Numbered from the stretch's first letter, positions 28,985-39,231 are shown. The stretch is 64,000 bases of DNA from Nitrospirota bacterium (GCA_963790025.1 CAWBMP010000004.1:96001-160000), one strand, 5' to 3'. A program made the numbers and translations. Notes: a model not told the origin generated them from the sequence alone.

Positions 28985-29407
28985 TCACTTCAATTTCTTC
29001 CCCCTGCGCATATCTTCCGGTGATATCCGGGTAACGGAATCGAAAGCATTTTTGTAGTCCTCGACATTCCACTGCCATGCCTCTTCGATTTCATAAGCGG
29101 TGTTGTAGTTGATCCATATCAAATAGTCCCATTCGTAATTTGCGGCTTTTGGGACCTTCGTGACCGTGCTCTCTGGCTTACCACCCGGACGGGTTCCTTT
29201 GACTTGATATCTCTTACCGGCATATACAAAGTCAGCTCCCCTGGAAACCGCTGTCCTGTCCTGCATGAAGCAGGAATAATCTTCTTCGGAGCATCCTGCA
29301 AGGAGTGCCGCATCGTATTCAGATAAGGCCGACGTTATTGCCGGAGCTACCCCGAAAAGCCGTTGCCATCCTAATGCCGTTGAGACCAATTTTTGTCTTA
29401 TATCCAT
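28985..29407 (-). CDS. Hypothetical protein, possible PD-(D/E)xK-fold nuclease
   Basis: SEYDAA ... GADF..GKRYQVKG pattern; overlaps upstream gene by 10 bp. Confidence 0.55.
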   Translation of the reverse strand: MDIRQKLVSTALGWQRLFGVAPAITSALSEYDAALLAGCSEEDYSCFMQDRTAVSRGADFVYAGKRYQVKGTRPGGKPESTVTKVPKAANYEWDYLIWINYNTAYEIEEAWQWNVEDYKNAFDSVTRISPEDMRRGKKLK

Positions 29408-29973
29408 TTTCCGCCTCCGTGGTACAAATTCAGGATGTGACCGAGGACCTCACTTAGGCTTGAATACAGTCCGAATCTATTATCTGCATATTCTCTGTTC
29501 CACGGAAATAACAATCCCATAGCCTTCACCCCATTCTCAACTGCCCTTCCCAATACCTCCGGGTGATCATCTACTACAACATAAGTAGATGTAGTAATCA
29601 ATCTGGTTTTTTGAAAGGAAAGGTGGAGATCATCATACACAAGGCCGTGCTTACTAAGCCATCTCTCAGTTGGCTCTCTATAATCGGGTGACCTATGACT
29701 TGCTATGGTGATATGGAAGCCGTTTTCCCTTAAAGAAGCAAGAAATTCCTTCGCGTCGGGATAAGGCAAAAAATTGTCGCTGTCCTGTTTGGCATGTATC
29801 GCGTTAACTGCTCCATAAAACTCTTCTTTTGAACAATATCCTTCCCATATGTCCCATTGTGTCCAGGCATCGATGGGAGGAAAATTCTTGTTTATCTTAA
29901 GCAGTTCAACGTAGAAAGGATCGCAAAACCGCCACAGAGTATTGTCTATGTCAACTATCGCGTTCTTATTCAT
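29398..29973 (-). CDS. HAD-superfamily phosphatase, 5'(3')-deoxyribonucleotidase-like
   Basis: VDIDNTL motif I, IASHR, VVDDHP, FPWN. Confidence 0.82.
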   Translation of the reverse strand: MNKNAIVDIDNTLWRFCDPFYVELLKINKNFPPIDAWTQWDIWEGYCSKEEFYGAVNAIHAKQDSDNFLPYPDAKEFLASLRENGFHITIASHRSPDYREPTERWLSKHGLVYDDLHLSFQKTRLITTSTYVVVDDHPEVLGRAVENGVKAMGLLFPWNREYADNRFGLYSSLSEVLGHILNLYHGGGKWI

Positions 29974-30076
29974 CGGAACTCCATCCTCAATATTATAACT
30001 GACTAAATCAATGTTAAAATAGCAAAAAAAGCTGTTAGAGGCTCTTTATCTGATTATTCTTACTTGGTACTACTTG

Positions 30077-30142
30077 AAAGTCAATCACTTGAGGAATAGA
30101 GCGGGCGACGGGATTCGAACCCGCGACCCCCAGCTTGAGAAG
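30077..30142 (-). repeat. att-like direct repeat: displaced 3' half of tRNA-Gly plus trailer
   Basis: 66 bp aligns ungapped with 36942-37007 (7 mismatches; 2 in the 44-bp tRNA core). Confidence 0.92.
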
Positions 30143-30260
30143 TTACAGTGGCAGCTATTATATCTTCTAAATACAATGCGGTTTGATTAGATCAAACTAT
30201 AACACTAATTTTACACCCTTTTACGTATAATAATCGAAGGGAACACCATTGGGAAAATTC

Positions 30261-32321
30261 ATGACAGAACAGCTTTATAACAGCAGGGTAATCAATACTT
30301 TTATCAAGTTCATAAAAAATCGTTACAGCTACGTCGATGTTAATGAGCTTCTGAAATATTCGAATATGGAACCATATCAGGTAGAGGATGAGGGACATTG
30401 GTTCACACAGGAACAGGTCAATCTCTTTCATGACCGGCTTGTGAAACTGACCGGCAACGAACATATCGCGCGCGACTCTGGCAGGTATGCCGCCTCTCCC
30501 GACGCTATCGGGGTATTGAGACAGTACGTACTCAGCATGGCGAGTCCGAAATTAACATATGAACTGATAGGCAAGGTCGCCACGAATTTTACGCACGATG
30601 CCGTATACAAGTCCAAATCCGTAGCCGGCAATAAGGTGGAACTTACGGTAACTCCAAAGGAGGGGGTCAATGAAAAACCCTTTCAGTGCGAAAACAGGAT
30701 AGGTCATATGGAGGCGGTACCATTGCTATTTGGACAAAAGAACTTTGCTGATATAGAGCATCCGGAATGCATCTTTAAGGGTGACAAAGTCTGCCGATAC
30801 ATTATTAGTTGGCAGTCGACCCCATCCGATTTTATGAAACGAGTTCGCAATTCATCGCTTCTGGCGCTTTCACTGGCATGTATTTCCGGGCTCATTATTT
30901 ATCCTCGCTTCACTATTTCCGCTCTTATTCCTGTGTCGGCCGTTGCGATATTAGTTATAAGCCTCATCGTCAAACAACTCGAGAAAAAGGAACTGGTCGC
31001 TGCGCTTGGACATGTCCGGGGGTCGGTTGACCAGCTAATGGAACAAATAAACACGAATTACAGAAATGCACTGGTTGTAAAGGACATAGGTCATGCGCTG
31101 AGTAAACAGATGTCTACAGAAGATATACTCGAAAGCTTTGTCAAGGTGCTGCAAAAAAGGCTGGACTTCGGGCGTGGTATGATAATGCTTGCTAATCCAG
31201 AGAAAAGTATTCTCTATTTTCGCACAGGCTTCGGTTATACCCAGGATCAATATGCACTATTGAAAAACACCACCTTCCATCTCGATAACAAAGAATCCCG
31301 CGGAGTATTCGAACATGCTTTCCATGAGCAGAAGCCGTTTTTAATCAACAATGTCGAGCATATGACCAATTCTCTTCCAGCCCGCAGCCTTCAGTTCGTA
31401 AAGGACATAGGTACAAAATCTTTCATTTGCTGTCCAATCATATATGAAGGAGAGTCGGTTGGCGTGCTTGCAGTGGACAATCTCAACGTCAAACGCCAGC
31501 TTGTGCAAAGCGATCTCAATTTGCTTATGGGAATTGCGCCCGAAATCGGTATCAGCATTCATAACTCAAACCTGATAGCAGAGAAGGCTTTTAATGAACG
31601 GTTATCCATACTCGGATCCACTGCCGCGGCCCTGGCCCATGAAATCAGGAATCCCCTTGCAGCCATAAAGACTTTTGCGCAGCTATTGCCTGAAAAAAGA
31701 CACGACGATGAATTCTACGCTTCTTTCAACGCCATTGTACCACCGGAAATCGAGCGCATAAATCGGTTGATAACCCAGCTTCTAGAATTTGCAAAAACTC
31801 CTCGTCCTGAAAGCGCCATGAGAATAATGTCGCTCGCAGCCCCTCTCAAAGAATGTTCTTCGTTACTCTCTGAACAGTTAAGAAAGGCGGGTATTACATT
31901 CAACACATACTTCCGTAACTCCGACATTTATATCATGGGGGATGCAGATCAACTCAAACAGGCTTACCTGAATATTATGACAAACAGTCAACAGGCTATG
32001 CACCTTGGGGGCACTTTAGATGTCATTTTGGAGTCTTCGAGCGTTGGAGCCGAGATAACCATCGCTGATAACGGTTGCGGAATAAAAGAAGATGCTTTAA
32101 CAGAAATATTCAATCCTTTTTTTACGACCAAAGAGACGGGTACAGGTCTCGGCCTCACCATCAGCAAAAAAATACTCGAGGAACATGGGGCAAAAATAGT
32201 TATTACAAGTGAGTCTGGGCAAGGAACTACATTTAAAATATCTTTTCCATCTCATTGCCTGCTTATTGCTCCAGATAATGTTGACAATGCTGCCGATGTG
32301 ACGCAATTACCACTTTACTAA
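30261..32321 (+). CDS. Membrane sensor histidine kinase (V4R-like N-domain, 2 TM, GAF, HisKA, HATPase)
   Basis: CENR and PECIFKGDKVCRY motifs, SFICCPI..GVLAVDN GAF, AHEIRNPL, GTGLGL. Confidence 0.88.
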   Translation: MTEQLYNSRVINTFIKFIKNRYSYVDVNELLKYSNMEPYQVEDEGHWFTQEQVNLFHDRLVKLTGNEHIARDSGRYAASPDAIGVLRQYVLSMASPKLTYELIGKVATNFTHDAVYKSKSVAGNKVELTVTPKEGVNEKPFQCENRIGHMEAVPLLFGQKNFADIEHPECIFKGDKVCRYIISWQSTPSDFMKRVRNSSLLALSLACISGLIIYPRFTISALIPVSAVAILVISLIVKQLEKKELVAALGHVRGSVDQLMEQINTNYRNALVVKDIGHALSKQMSTEDILESFVKVLQKRLDFGRGMIMLANPEKSILYFRTGFGYTQDQYALLKNTTFHLDNKESRGVFEHAFHEQKPFLINNVEHMTNSLPARSLQFVKDIGTKSFICCPIIYEGESVGVLAVDNLNVKRQLVQSDLNLLMGIAPEIGISIHNSNLIAEKAFNERLSILGSTAAALAHEIRNPLAAIKTFAQLLPEKRHDDEFYASFNAIVPPEIERINRLITQLLEFAKTPRPESAMRIMSLAAPLKECSSLLSEQLRKAGITFNTYFRNSDIYIMGDADQLKQAYLNIMTNSQQAMHLGGTLDVILESSSVGAEITIADNGCGIKEDALTEIFNPFFTTKETGTGLGLTISKKILEEHGAKIVITSESGQGTTFKISFPSHCLLIAPDNVDNAADVTQLPLY

Positions 32322-32393
32322 AAAGTTTAATTTTGACATAGTACGGATAATACGTTTATTTTAATACAATTGAGGAAAACTGAAATAAATCCA

Positions 32394-33533
32394 ATGGATT
32401 CCACAAAGAACTCCGTCATACTCGTTATTGATGATGAAATAGGGCCAAGAGAAGCGCTCCGCATGATCTTGAAAGATACTTACACCGTTTTGACGGCGCG
32501 TAATGCGGCAGAGGCCTATTCGGTGCTTGATAAGCATGAAGTAGCCGTTGTGCTGACTGACCTCGTTATGCCTGAGACAGATGGTATTGCGGTGCTGAAA
32601 CAAGTCAAAGATACTTATCCGGATACGGAAGTCGTAATAGTAACTGCATACGCCTCTTTTGAAACCGCGCGGCAATCCATAAAACAGGACGTCTGTGACT
32701 ATTTAGTCAAACCTTTTGATCGCGCTGACGTGCTCCTCGCAGTTAAAAAAGGGATAGAGCGGAGAAAAACGACCCAGTCAGTTCGTGAACAAATTCTGCA
32801 GGCAGAGAAAATAAATACACTTTCAACACTCGCCTGCGGATTAACCCACGACTTAAAAAATAACCTGGCGACGATAATGATGTTCACTGACCTTGTAAAG
32901 ACTGCCAACAATGACACGCTCAGTGGACCGGCCACAGTTATACAAAAAGAAGTGCGTCAGGCCTCACAACTCATCAATAAACTCCTTACTATCGGTGCCG
33001 CAAAAAAGACGGAATTTGCATATTTCGATATCAATTTGACAATCGCCGAAGTGTGCAGAATTTATGAAACAATCCCACCCAGCGTACCCGTGCATGTACG
33101 CTCAGACCCGGCTATAGGCCTATTCTATGGGTCTCAAATGCAGATAGAGCAGCTAATGAGCAACCTTCTCCTGAACGCAAAACAGGCTTCATCTGACAAT
33201 GGTGTAATAAAAGTAACAACATCTGTCACGGAAAAAGACAACGGTACAATTTCAACAGTTGATACCACGGGCATAAAAACATCGAAGTTCATTTGTATTA
33301 CAGTCGGCGACCAGGGCACTGGAATGAGCCCGGACGTCCTGTCACACATATTTGACCCTTTTTTCACGACAAAAAAAGGGAACAAAGGAACCGGACTCGG
33401 CCTATCAGTGGTACAAAATATTATAGAGGAACATCACGGGACCAGATCGGTTCAAAGCGAGAAGGGCAAAGGAACTACATTCACTATCATCCTGCCACAC
33501 AGAGAACAAGCTACCGTTCTGAATACAGAATAA
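32394..33533 (+). CDS. Hybrid receiver-histidine kinase
   Basis: N-terminal REC (VIDDE, TDLVMP, KPF), THDLKNNL, HATPase boxes. Confidence 0.9.
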   Translation: MDSTKNSVILVIDDEIGPREALRMILKDTYTVLTARNAAEAYSVLDKHEVAVVLTDLVMPETDGIAVLKQVKDTYPDTEVVIVTAYASFETARQSIKQDVCDYLVKPFDRADVLLAVKKGIERRKTTQSVREQILQAEKINTLSTLACGLTHDLKNNLATIMMFTDLVKTANNDTLSGPATVIQKEVRQASQLINKLLTIGAAKKTEFAYFDINLTIAEVCRIYETIPPSVPVHVRSDPAIGLFYGSQMQIEQLMSNLLLNAKQASSDNGVIKVTTSVTEKDNGTISTVDTTGIKTSKFICITVGDQGTGMSPDVLSHIFDPFFTTKKGNKGTGLGLSVVQNIIEEHHGTRSVQSEKGKGTTFTIILPHREQATVLNTE

Positions 33534-33559
33534 TTTAAGCCAGGGGTCAACCGAGTAGA

Positions 33560-33958
33560 CTACGTCAACCATTCCAGAGATACAAGATTCCCAAGTTTCT
33601 CGAATTCCCTGTCGCCTGTGACGATAGAACAGCTGTGCTTAACAGCCAAAGCAGCAGCAAAACAATCGCCAAGAGTTATTGAATGATTTGCCTTCAACTG
33701 AGAAACATGATACATAAAATCTTTATCTACCTCAATCATTTGTATGGGTAGTTGCTCAAATATCAAGAGGAAATCTTCAGCTTTCCCGGACCCTTTTGAA
33801 CGGCGTAGGGAATAATAAACCTCACCAGTTGACTACGCTCATTATGAGGTCAGCCCCCCCTTCTCCGCTTGTTCAAGCAACTTTTGCACTTTACCGGCAC
33901 CTGGCTCATCCTCAAAGTAAGCCAACAAGGCATAGCTATCAAGAACAAGGGTTTTCAT
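33560..33958 (-). pseudogene. vapC: VapC (PIN-domain) toxin, disrupted by two compensating frameshifts
   Basis: ATG 33958 gives MKTLVLDSYALLAYFEDEPGA; in-frame stops near 33834-33845; resumes GEVYY...LGDCFAAALA..IVTGDREF. Confidence 0.82.
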
Positions 33959-34185
33959 CTCTTGGCCTCTTCCTTCCGGTCATTCATCAGTGCCTTGAGA
34001 GCAGAATTGCCTTTCTTAAAAAAACCTCGTGCCTCTTTGATCGCTTCCCTGAATAACGGCCTGATAATGATATCATTGTCTTTTTCAAAAATCGCCGGTT
34101 TCGTACCCTTTACGATGTTGTGTTTCTTCCGAATATCGGCAGGAATTACTACCTGCCCCTTTTCGGTTGTCATTGCTATTATCAC
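33955..34185 (-). CDS. AbrB/MazE-type antitoxin (VapB)
   Basis: KGQVVIPADIRKK swapped-hairpin motif; ATGA overlap with vapC. Confidence 0.88.
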   Translation of the reverse strand: MIIAMTTEKGQVVIPADIRKKHNIVKGTKPAIFEKDNDIIIRPLFREAIKEARGFFKKGNSALKALMNDRKEEAKR

Positions 34186-34442
34186 GTAACCCTCCTATCG
34201 CCACTGTAGTATTATTTATACAAAGTATACATAATGGCTATATTATCTGCATATTATAAATAAGTTGGAATATAATGAGCATATCCCCCAATGTTCCTCA
34301 CTTTAAGAGTCATATTTGGCGCAATCTGGTACGATGGAAATCACATGTCTGCTTCATCTGTCAGTAGCGCATTTTTTTAAAGAAAAAAAAGTTTTTTCTC
34401 TAACTTTAATGTATAATGGTTCGTCGAACTCATTGGGGCTTT

Positions 34443-34814
34443 ATGAAAAAGAAAAAAAACAAGAAAATACTGATGATTGATGATGATGTGGCCTTTCTGT
34501 CGCTCATGCAGGCAGTTTGCAAGAGCTATGAACTGGTCCTGTGTTCAAATCTCAGTGAAGCAAGATCGGCATTAAAGAAACTTGATGCTGATTTAATCTT
34601 CTTAGATGTCATGATGCCCGATGGAAATGGCATTGAATTTATCGACGAAATCAAGACATCTGGGAACACGGCCCCTATAGTGTTGCTGACAGCGGTAAAT
34701 AAGGGCACTGCAGTCAGCGATGCTTATAAGAAAGGTATTGCTGATTTCATATTGAAGCCCTTTCCTTCCTTTCAGAAGGTCAGGGACGTTATAGTCAAAT
34801 TAACTGGAGAATGA
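34443..34814 (+). CDS. Single-domain response regulator
   Basis: IDDD, LDVMMPDGNG, LTA, KPF. Confidence 0.88.
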   Translation: MKKKKNKKILMIDDDVAFLSLMQAVCKSYELVLCSNLSEARSALKKLDADLIFLDVMMPDGNGIEFIDEIKTSGNTAPIVLLTAVNKGTAVSDAYKKGIADFILKPFPSFQKVRDVIVKLTGE

Positions 34815-34817
34815 ATA

Positions 34818-35555
34818 ATGTATTTACTTTCCTATATAAAGAGAAAGATGAAAGAGAAAAAACTGCGGGCGGTTGATGTTTTTCACCTTAGTCATAATAT
34901 CGTAAAGATGCCGATGCTTGCGATGATCATGCAGGGCGTGGTCCCGCAAAAGCTTCAGATAGTGGATTCCCTTGCAGAAGCGCTCGAAGAGGATAAAATG
35001 AAACTCAGGAGATTGGTCGTTCTTGACCTCCATGAACAGAAGATAAATGAATTTGGCCTGACCCCGCAGCAAGTTTCCAAAGAGGCAAAATCTCATAAGT
35101 TATTCTGGATACCAATATTTGACGTGTCCAATTTGAAAGATTGTCTCTCAGACACTGGATATCCCGAGCCTATGAAGGCGGCGGGCTGGTTACAGGTTGG
35201 CCTTAACTACGGCGAATACGCTTACGCCGTGCAGATCCCTGACGATAGTATGTGGCCCCGTGTTGCGCCTGAAGAGGTGGCAATTTTTTCCCAGGATTAC
35301 TCCTTTGGTGAAAGAGATTTCGGGCTGGTTGCAGGTCGGAAGGATGGCGTGAAACAAATAGAACTTGGCGAAATTTCCAACACTCGCACATTCTACATTG
35401 TAGAGAAAGTTATTCATAGTAAATATTATACGACACAATTTAAGCCGAGTGAATTGCTCTTTGCTCACAAAGCAGTTGCTATAAGTCTGCTGCCTTATAG
35501 TCAACGCAAATCTGCAAACACAAAAAGAAAAAATAAATCCGACTCAAATGGATAA
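34818..35555 (+). CDS. Divergent XRE-HTH/S24 (LexA/CI-like) protein
   Basis: Helical N-domain ending SLAEAL, IPIF linker, YAVQIPDDSMWP S24-like motif. Confidence 0.6.
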   Translation: MYLLSYIKRKMKEKKLRAVDVFHLSHNIVKMPMLAMIMQGVVPQKLQIVDSLAEALEEDKMKLRRLVVLDLHEQKINEFGLTPQQVSKEAKSHKLFWIPIFDVSNLKDCLSDTGYPEPMKAAGWLQVGLNYGEYAYAVQIPDDSMWPRVAPEEVAIFSQDYSFGERDFGLVAGRKDGVKQIELGEISNTRTFYIVEKVIHSKYYTTQFKPSELLFAHKAVAISLLPYSQRKSANTKRKNKSDSNG

Positions 35556-35594
35556 GCACTATAAGATAACTTTCATTTCTTCTGGTACTGAATT

Positions 35595-36149
35595 ATGAGC
35601 AAGATGGACATGAAGAAGGAATTCCATTCGGCAAAGACATCTCAGACAATTGTCGATGTCTTTTTCAATAATTTATGGTCACTTATCCCGGAAGAGCGCG
35701 ACGATTTTATATGTAACCACGGTCACCTGTGCAGAAGCGCATTGGAGCAACTTCTCAAATTCTTAGATTTTTTTGATGCCGACGCACCAGTTCAGGAAAA
35801 AGAAGGCGACATATTGATATACGACGACAATACTGCTTTTGCGGGCCTGCTTAAAGCCTTATTGAGCTCTAATGGCCATGCATCAAAAGTGGTCCGGTCG
35901 GTTGGCGAACTTAATCAATATCTCGACAAACACAATGGTCAACTTTGCCTTTTGCTTGATATCGTAATCGGTGATATCAGTGGAGCTGACCTGGCAGTTT
36001 CACTTAAAGAGACCTATCCTGTTCTCAAGATAATACTGATCTCCGGTGATGTGGCAACTCCGGCGGTGGAGAATCTGATAGCAACAGGTGTAGTGTCAAA
36101 ATATCTTGCTAAGCCATTTACATACGAAGAACTTAAGACAGTTTTATAA
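35595..36149 (+). CDS. Response regulator with N-terminal extension and C-terminal REC
   Basis: IYDDN, LLDIV, ISG, KPF. Confidence 0.8.
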   Translation: MSKMDMKKEFHSAKTSQTIVDVFFNNLWSLIPEERDDFICNHGHLCRSALEQLLKFLDFFDADAPVQEKEGDILIYDDNTAFAGLLKALLSSNGHASKVVRSVGELNQYLDKHNGQLCLLLDIVIGDISGADLAVSLKETYPVLKIILISGDVATPAVENLIATGVVSKYLAKPFTYEELKTVL

Positions 36150-36257
36150 ATGCCTGATTTACTATCCGCGGTAACAGACAGTGTCAATTAAATAGTTTGA
36201 ACGTGTGACAAGCTTTTTTTTTATGTTGAACATGATTTTTTTTATTAAAAAAAAGTC

Positions 36258-36290
36258 TTGACAATTATTTTGTCCTTTCTATACTATAAT
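36258..36290 (+). promoter_or_regulatory. Probable sigma-70 promoter for ImmA/IrrE gene
   Basis: TTGACA, 18 bp, TACTAT(AAT), with A-rich upstream tract. Confidence 0.5.
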
Positions 36291-36432
36291 CGCACCAACA
36301 GATTTGTCTGCAGTGTTGAGCTTTGATCAACTAAAAAGTTTTAAAGAATGAATGAGGTGTTCAAGTTTTGCATTCGCTGCAGTGACAGTGATATTTATTT
36401 ATTTATTAATAACGTATGAGAACCGGTGGGCG

Positions 36433-36930
36433 ATGACTGAACAAGCAGTGCAATCTTTGGCTAAACGCTTCCTACGCAAACACGATATTACCGTGCCAAC
36501 CGATTTAAAAAAGATTCTCAAAATGCTAAACGCCGACCTCGTATATATAGAAATAGAGAAGCCGCGTTGCGTGAGCGGTGTTCTTATTCAGGTCGGCGAC
36601 TGCCGGGATAACTTTGTTATCGGGATAAACGCCCTTAATTCAGAGTATCATCGAAGGTTCGCCCTCGCGCATGAGATTGCGCATATTATCTTAAACCATT
36701 TCGAAACCGGTATGGTTTTGCATGCCGATATGGACAATTTTCTCCTGAGCCCATATCCAATGGAGCGCGAGGCCAACATCTTTGCCGCAGAACTCCTCAT
36801 CCCTACAGGCCATTTCAAAAGTATCGTCTATGAAAGCGGCTTGAGAAATGTGGAGCAACTCTGCAGGATGTATCAAGTATGCGAGCCGGCAATGCAGATC
36901 AAAATGCGGGAAATAGGCGTGACTGCATAG
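36433..36930 (+). CDS. ImmA/IrrE-family metallopeptidase
   Basis: RRFALAHEIAH (HExxH), EREANIFAAELLIP; start ATG 36433 preferred. Confidence 0.9.
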   Translation: MTEQAVQSLAKRFLRKHDITVPTDLKKILKMLNADLVYIEIEKPRCVSGVLIQVGDCRDNFVIGINALNSEYHRRFALAHEIAHIILNHFETGMVLHADMDNFLLSPYPMEREANIFAAELLIPTGHFKSIVYESGLRNVEQLCRMYQVCEPAMQIKMREIGVTA

Positions 36931-36961
36931 GTCACCAGAGAAAAGTCAATTATTGAAGGAA

Positions 36962-37036
<75 letters not shown>

Positions 37037-37098
37037 AAAACAACAAGTTAAAAATTAGTATATCATATGCTGTTCCAAATTGGGAACAAAGTCAGCAG

Positions 37099-39231
37099 TT
37101 ATTCGAATTGCTGTTCCAGCAGTTCGGCGGTATGAATAACCTTAATCGCCGCCCCCTCTTTATCAAACCCTCCCCTGATCTGCATAACGCAGCCTGGGCA
37201 ATCCATAGCAACTACTGGGACTGAAGCGGCCCTGATGTTCTGGAGCTTGCGCTGCAGGATGGGCGCGGATATTTCTGGTAGTTTCAGTGAATAGGAACCT
37301 CCCATTCCGCAGCACATGTCGGACTCGAACATCTCGACCAGCTCGAATCCCGCCTTTTTCATAAGCGCCCTCGGCTCATCGTGGACGTTCAGCGTCCTCT
37401 TCAAATGGCAGGAGTCGTGATAAGTATACTTTCCGAGTTGTTGTCCCTCTTTGAATGTCAGGCGGCCTTTATCGACAAGTGTCATGATCAGGGTGGAAAA
37501 ATCCATTGCCCTGGCAGAAACCTCACGCGCTTTGGGCATCCAGTCACTCCTGGCCAGGCTTTCGAACGTGTTGATGAATTCGTGTTTCAATGCTACGGTG
37601 CATGTTGGACAGGCTGATATGATATATGCGGCATCTTCTTTCAGCAGGGCTTTTATGTTATCGACAGCATTTTGCGCAGCAACCTCGTAAGCGCCGCTAT
37701 ACCGTGCCGGTGCTCCGCAGCAGGTCTGCTCATCAGGGAATACGACCTCTATGCCGGCCTTGTTCAATATCCTGACAATCGCCTGTCCCGTACCGGGATA
37801 GGCAAAATCAATGAGGCATCCGGCAAAGAAAGCGGCTTTCTCCTTAAGTTTCGGCTGCCTGATCTCCTTGAACTTGTCCCTGAAAGGCACATCTGCTATG
37901 GCAGGCAGGCTTCTGAATTCAGTAAGGTCCGACAGGAACATCGGCAGATGGCGGATAAGGCCTTCCTTTGAAAAAGGCCTCTGCGTGATCGATGCGGCGC
38001 GAAGCATTGAATGGAAAAGCCTGCGGTTGTTCACTACGGAGAAAATCGCCTTCTGGGTCAGCGACTGTCCCTCGTCCTTCACAAGCCTGCGCCTGATCTC
38101 GAGGATCAGGTCAGGGATGTCGATCTTTGCCGGACATATCTCTTTACAGTTGCCGCATTGGATGCAGAGCCCCTGGATATCTTCCGCTTTCTTCAGTTCA
38201 TCGAACCATGCAGTGAGTATGGTGCCTATGCCGCCCGTATATATTTTTCCAAAAACATGGCCGCCTACCAGCCTGAAGACCGGGCAGACATTGAGACAAG
38301 AGGCGCAACGGATGCACTGAAGCGCTTGTTTGAACTTGGGGTCATTCGCCATCTCGGTCCTGCGGTTGTCCATGAGGATGATATGGAGGTCCTTGAGCGA
38401 ACCGTCAGTATTAGGGACCTGTCCGGTAATAATCGATACATAGCTGGTCAGCAACTGGGCCGTGGCACTCTTCGGCAAAGCCGTCACAATTGGGACGATG
38501 TCTTCAAATTTAGCAACGAGCTTTTCGATGCCGATGATAGCGACATGTACCTTGGGAAGGGTAGTGACAAGACGTGCGTTGCCTTCATTGGTGATTATTA
38601 CTATGCTGCCGGTTTCGGCCACAGCGATGTTCGCGCCAGAGATGCCCATGTCGGCATTGATAAACTTGGTCCTCAACTCTCTCCGTGCCAACTTGACAAG
38701 ACGCGGGATGTCGGTGCTCAGGCGTTCATTGACTTCTTTGCTGAACAGCTCGGCTACCTCTTCCTTGGTCATGTGGATCGCAGGAAGGACCATGTGTGAC
38801 GGCGTCTGCCCTGCCAGCTGGATAATCCACTCCCCCAGGTCGGTCTCACTAACAGAGATACCGCGTTCTTTAAGAAAGGGATTCAAATGGATCTCTTCCG
38901 ATGCCATCGACTTGGACTTCACTACGCTCCTGACTCCGTTTTCCTGCGCGACCTTTAAGACATACTCCCTGACCTTCTCGGGACTCTTCGTCCTGAAGAC
39001 CCTGGCCCCTTTCGCCTCGGCATTCCGGGTAAAAAGCTCCGCCAGCACTTCAAGGTGAGAGGCGGCATAGGACTTCAATTCTGCTATCCTGGTCCTAAGT
39101 GCCTCGAAATCCGTCCCTTCGTAAGCCTTGGCGCGGCTGGTTCTGTATGCCTCCGAGAACCTGCCGAGTGCGCCGGTCAGGTTCGCATTGTGCAAAGCCT
39201 TATTTATCGATTCCCTGAATTCTTTTTTCAT
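37099..39231 (-). CDS. L-lactate dehydrogenase large subunit (LutB-LutA/LldF-LldE fusion; LUD, 4Fe-4S, CCG domains)
   Basis: KSKSMASEE, ETDLGEWI, NEGNAR, CIRCASCLNVCP, two CCG motifs. Confidence 0.9.
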   Translation of the reverse strand: MKKEFRESINKALHNANLTGALGRFSEAYRTSRAKAYEGTDFEALRTRIAELKSYAASHLEVLAELFTRNAEAKGARVFRTKSPEKVREYVLKVAQENGVRSVVKSKSMASEEIHLNPFLKERGISVSETDLGEWIIQLAGQTPSHMVLPAIHMTKEEVAELFSKEVNERLSTDIPRLVKLARRELRTKFINADMGISGANIAVAETGSIVIITNEGNARLVTTLPKVHVAIIGIEKLVAKFEDIVPIVTALPKSATAQLLTSYVSIITGQVPNTDGSLKDLHIILMDNRRTEMANDPKFKQALQCIRCASCLNVCPVFRLVGGHVFGKIYTGGIGTILTAWFDELKKAEDIQGLCIQCGNCKEICPAKIDIPDLILEIRRRLVKDEGQSLTQKAIFSVVNNRRLFHSMLRAASITQRPFSKEGLIRHLPMFLSDLTEFRSLPAIADVPFRDKFKEIRQPKLKEKAAFFAGCLIDFAYPGTGQAIVRILNKAGIEVVFPDEQTCCGAPARYSGAYEVAAQNAVDNIKALLKEDAAYIISACPTCTVALKHEFINTFESLARSDWMPKAREVSARAMDFSTLIMTLVDKGRLTFKEGQQLGKYTYHDSCHLKRTLNVHDEPRALMKKAGFELVEMFESDMCCGMGGSYSLKLPEISAPILQRKLQNIRAASVPVVAMDCPGCVMQIRGGFDKEGAAIKVIHTAELLEQQFE

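Noticed and set aside
30077..30142. Second tRNA gene
   Set aside because: Only the 3' half is present, with mutated anticodon and CCA; interpreted as an att site.
36219..36236. Deinococcus RDRM-like box upstream of the IrrE-family gene (TTATGTTGAACATGA)
   Set aside because: Spacer does not match the 17-bp RDRM, it is a single occurrence in AT-rich DNA, and there is no DdrO-like partner.
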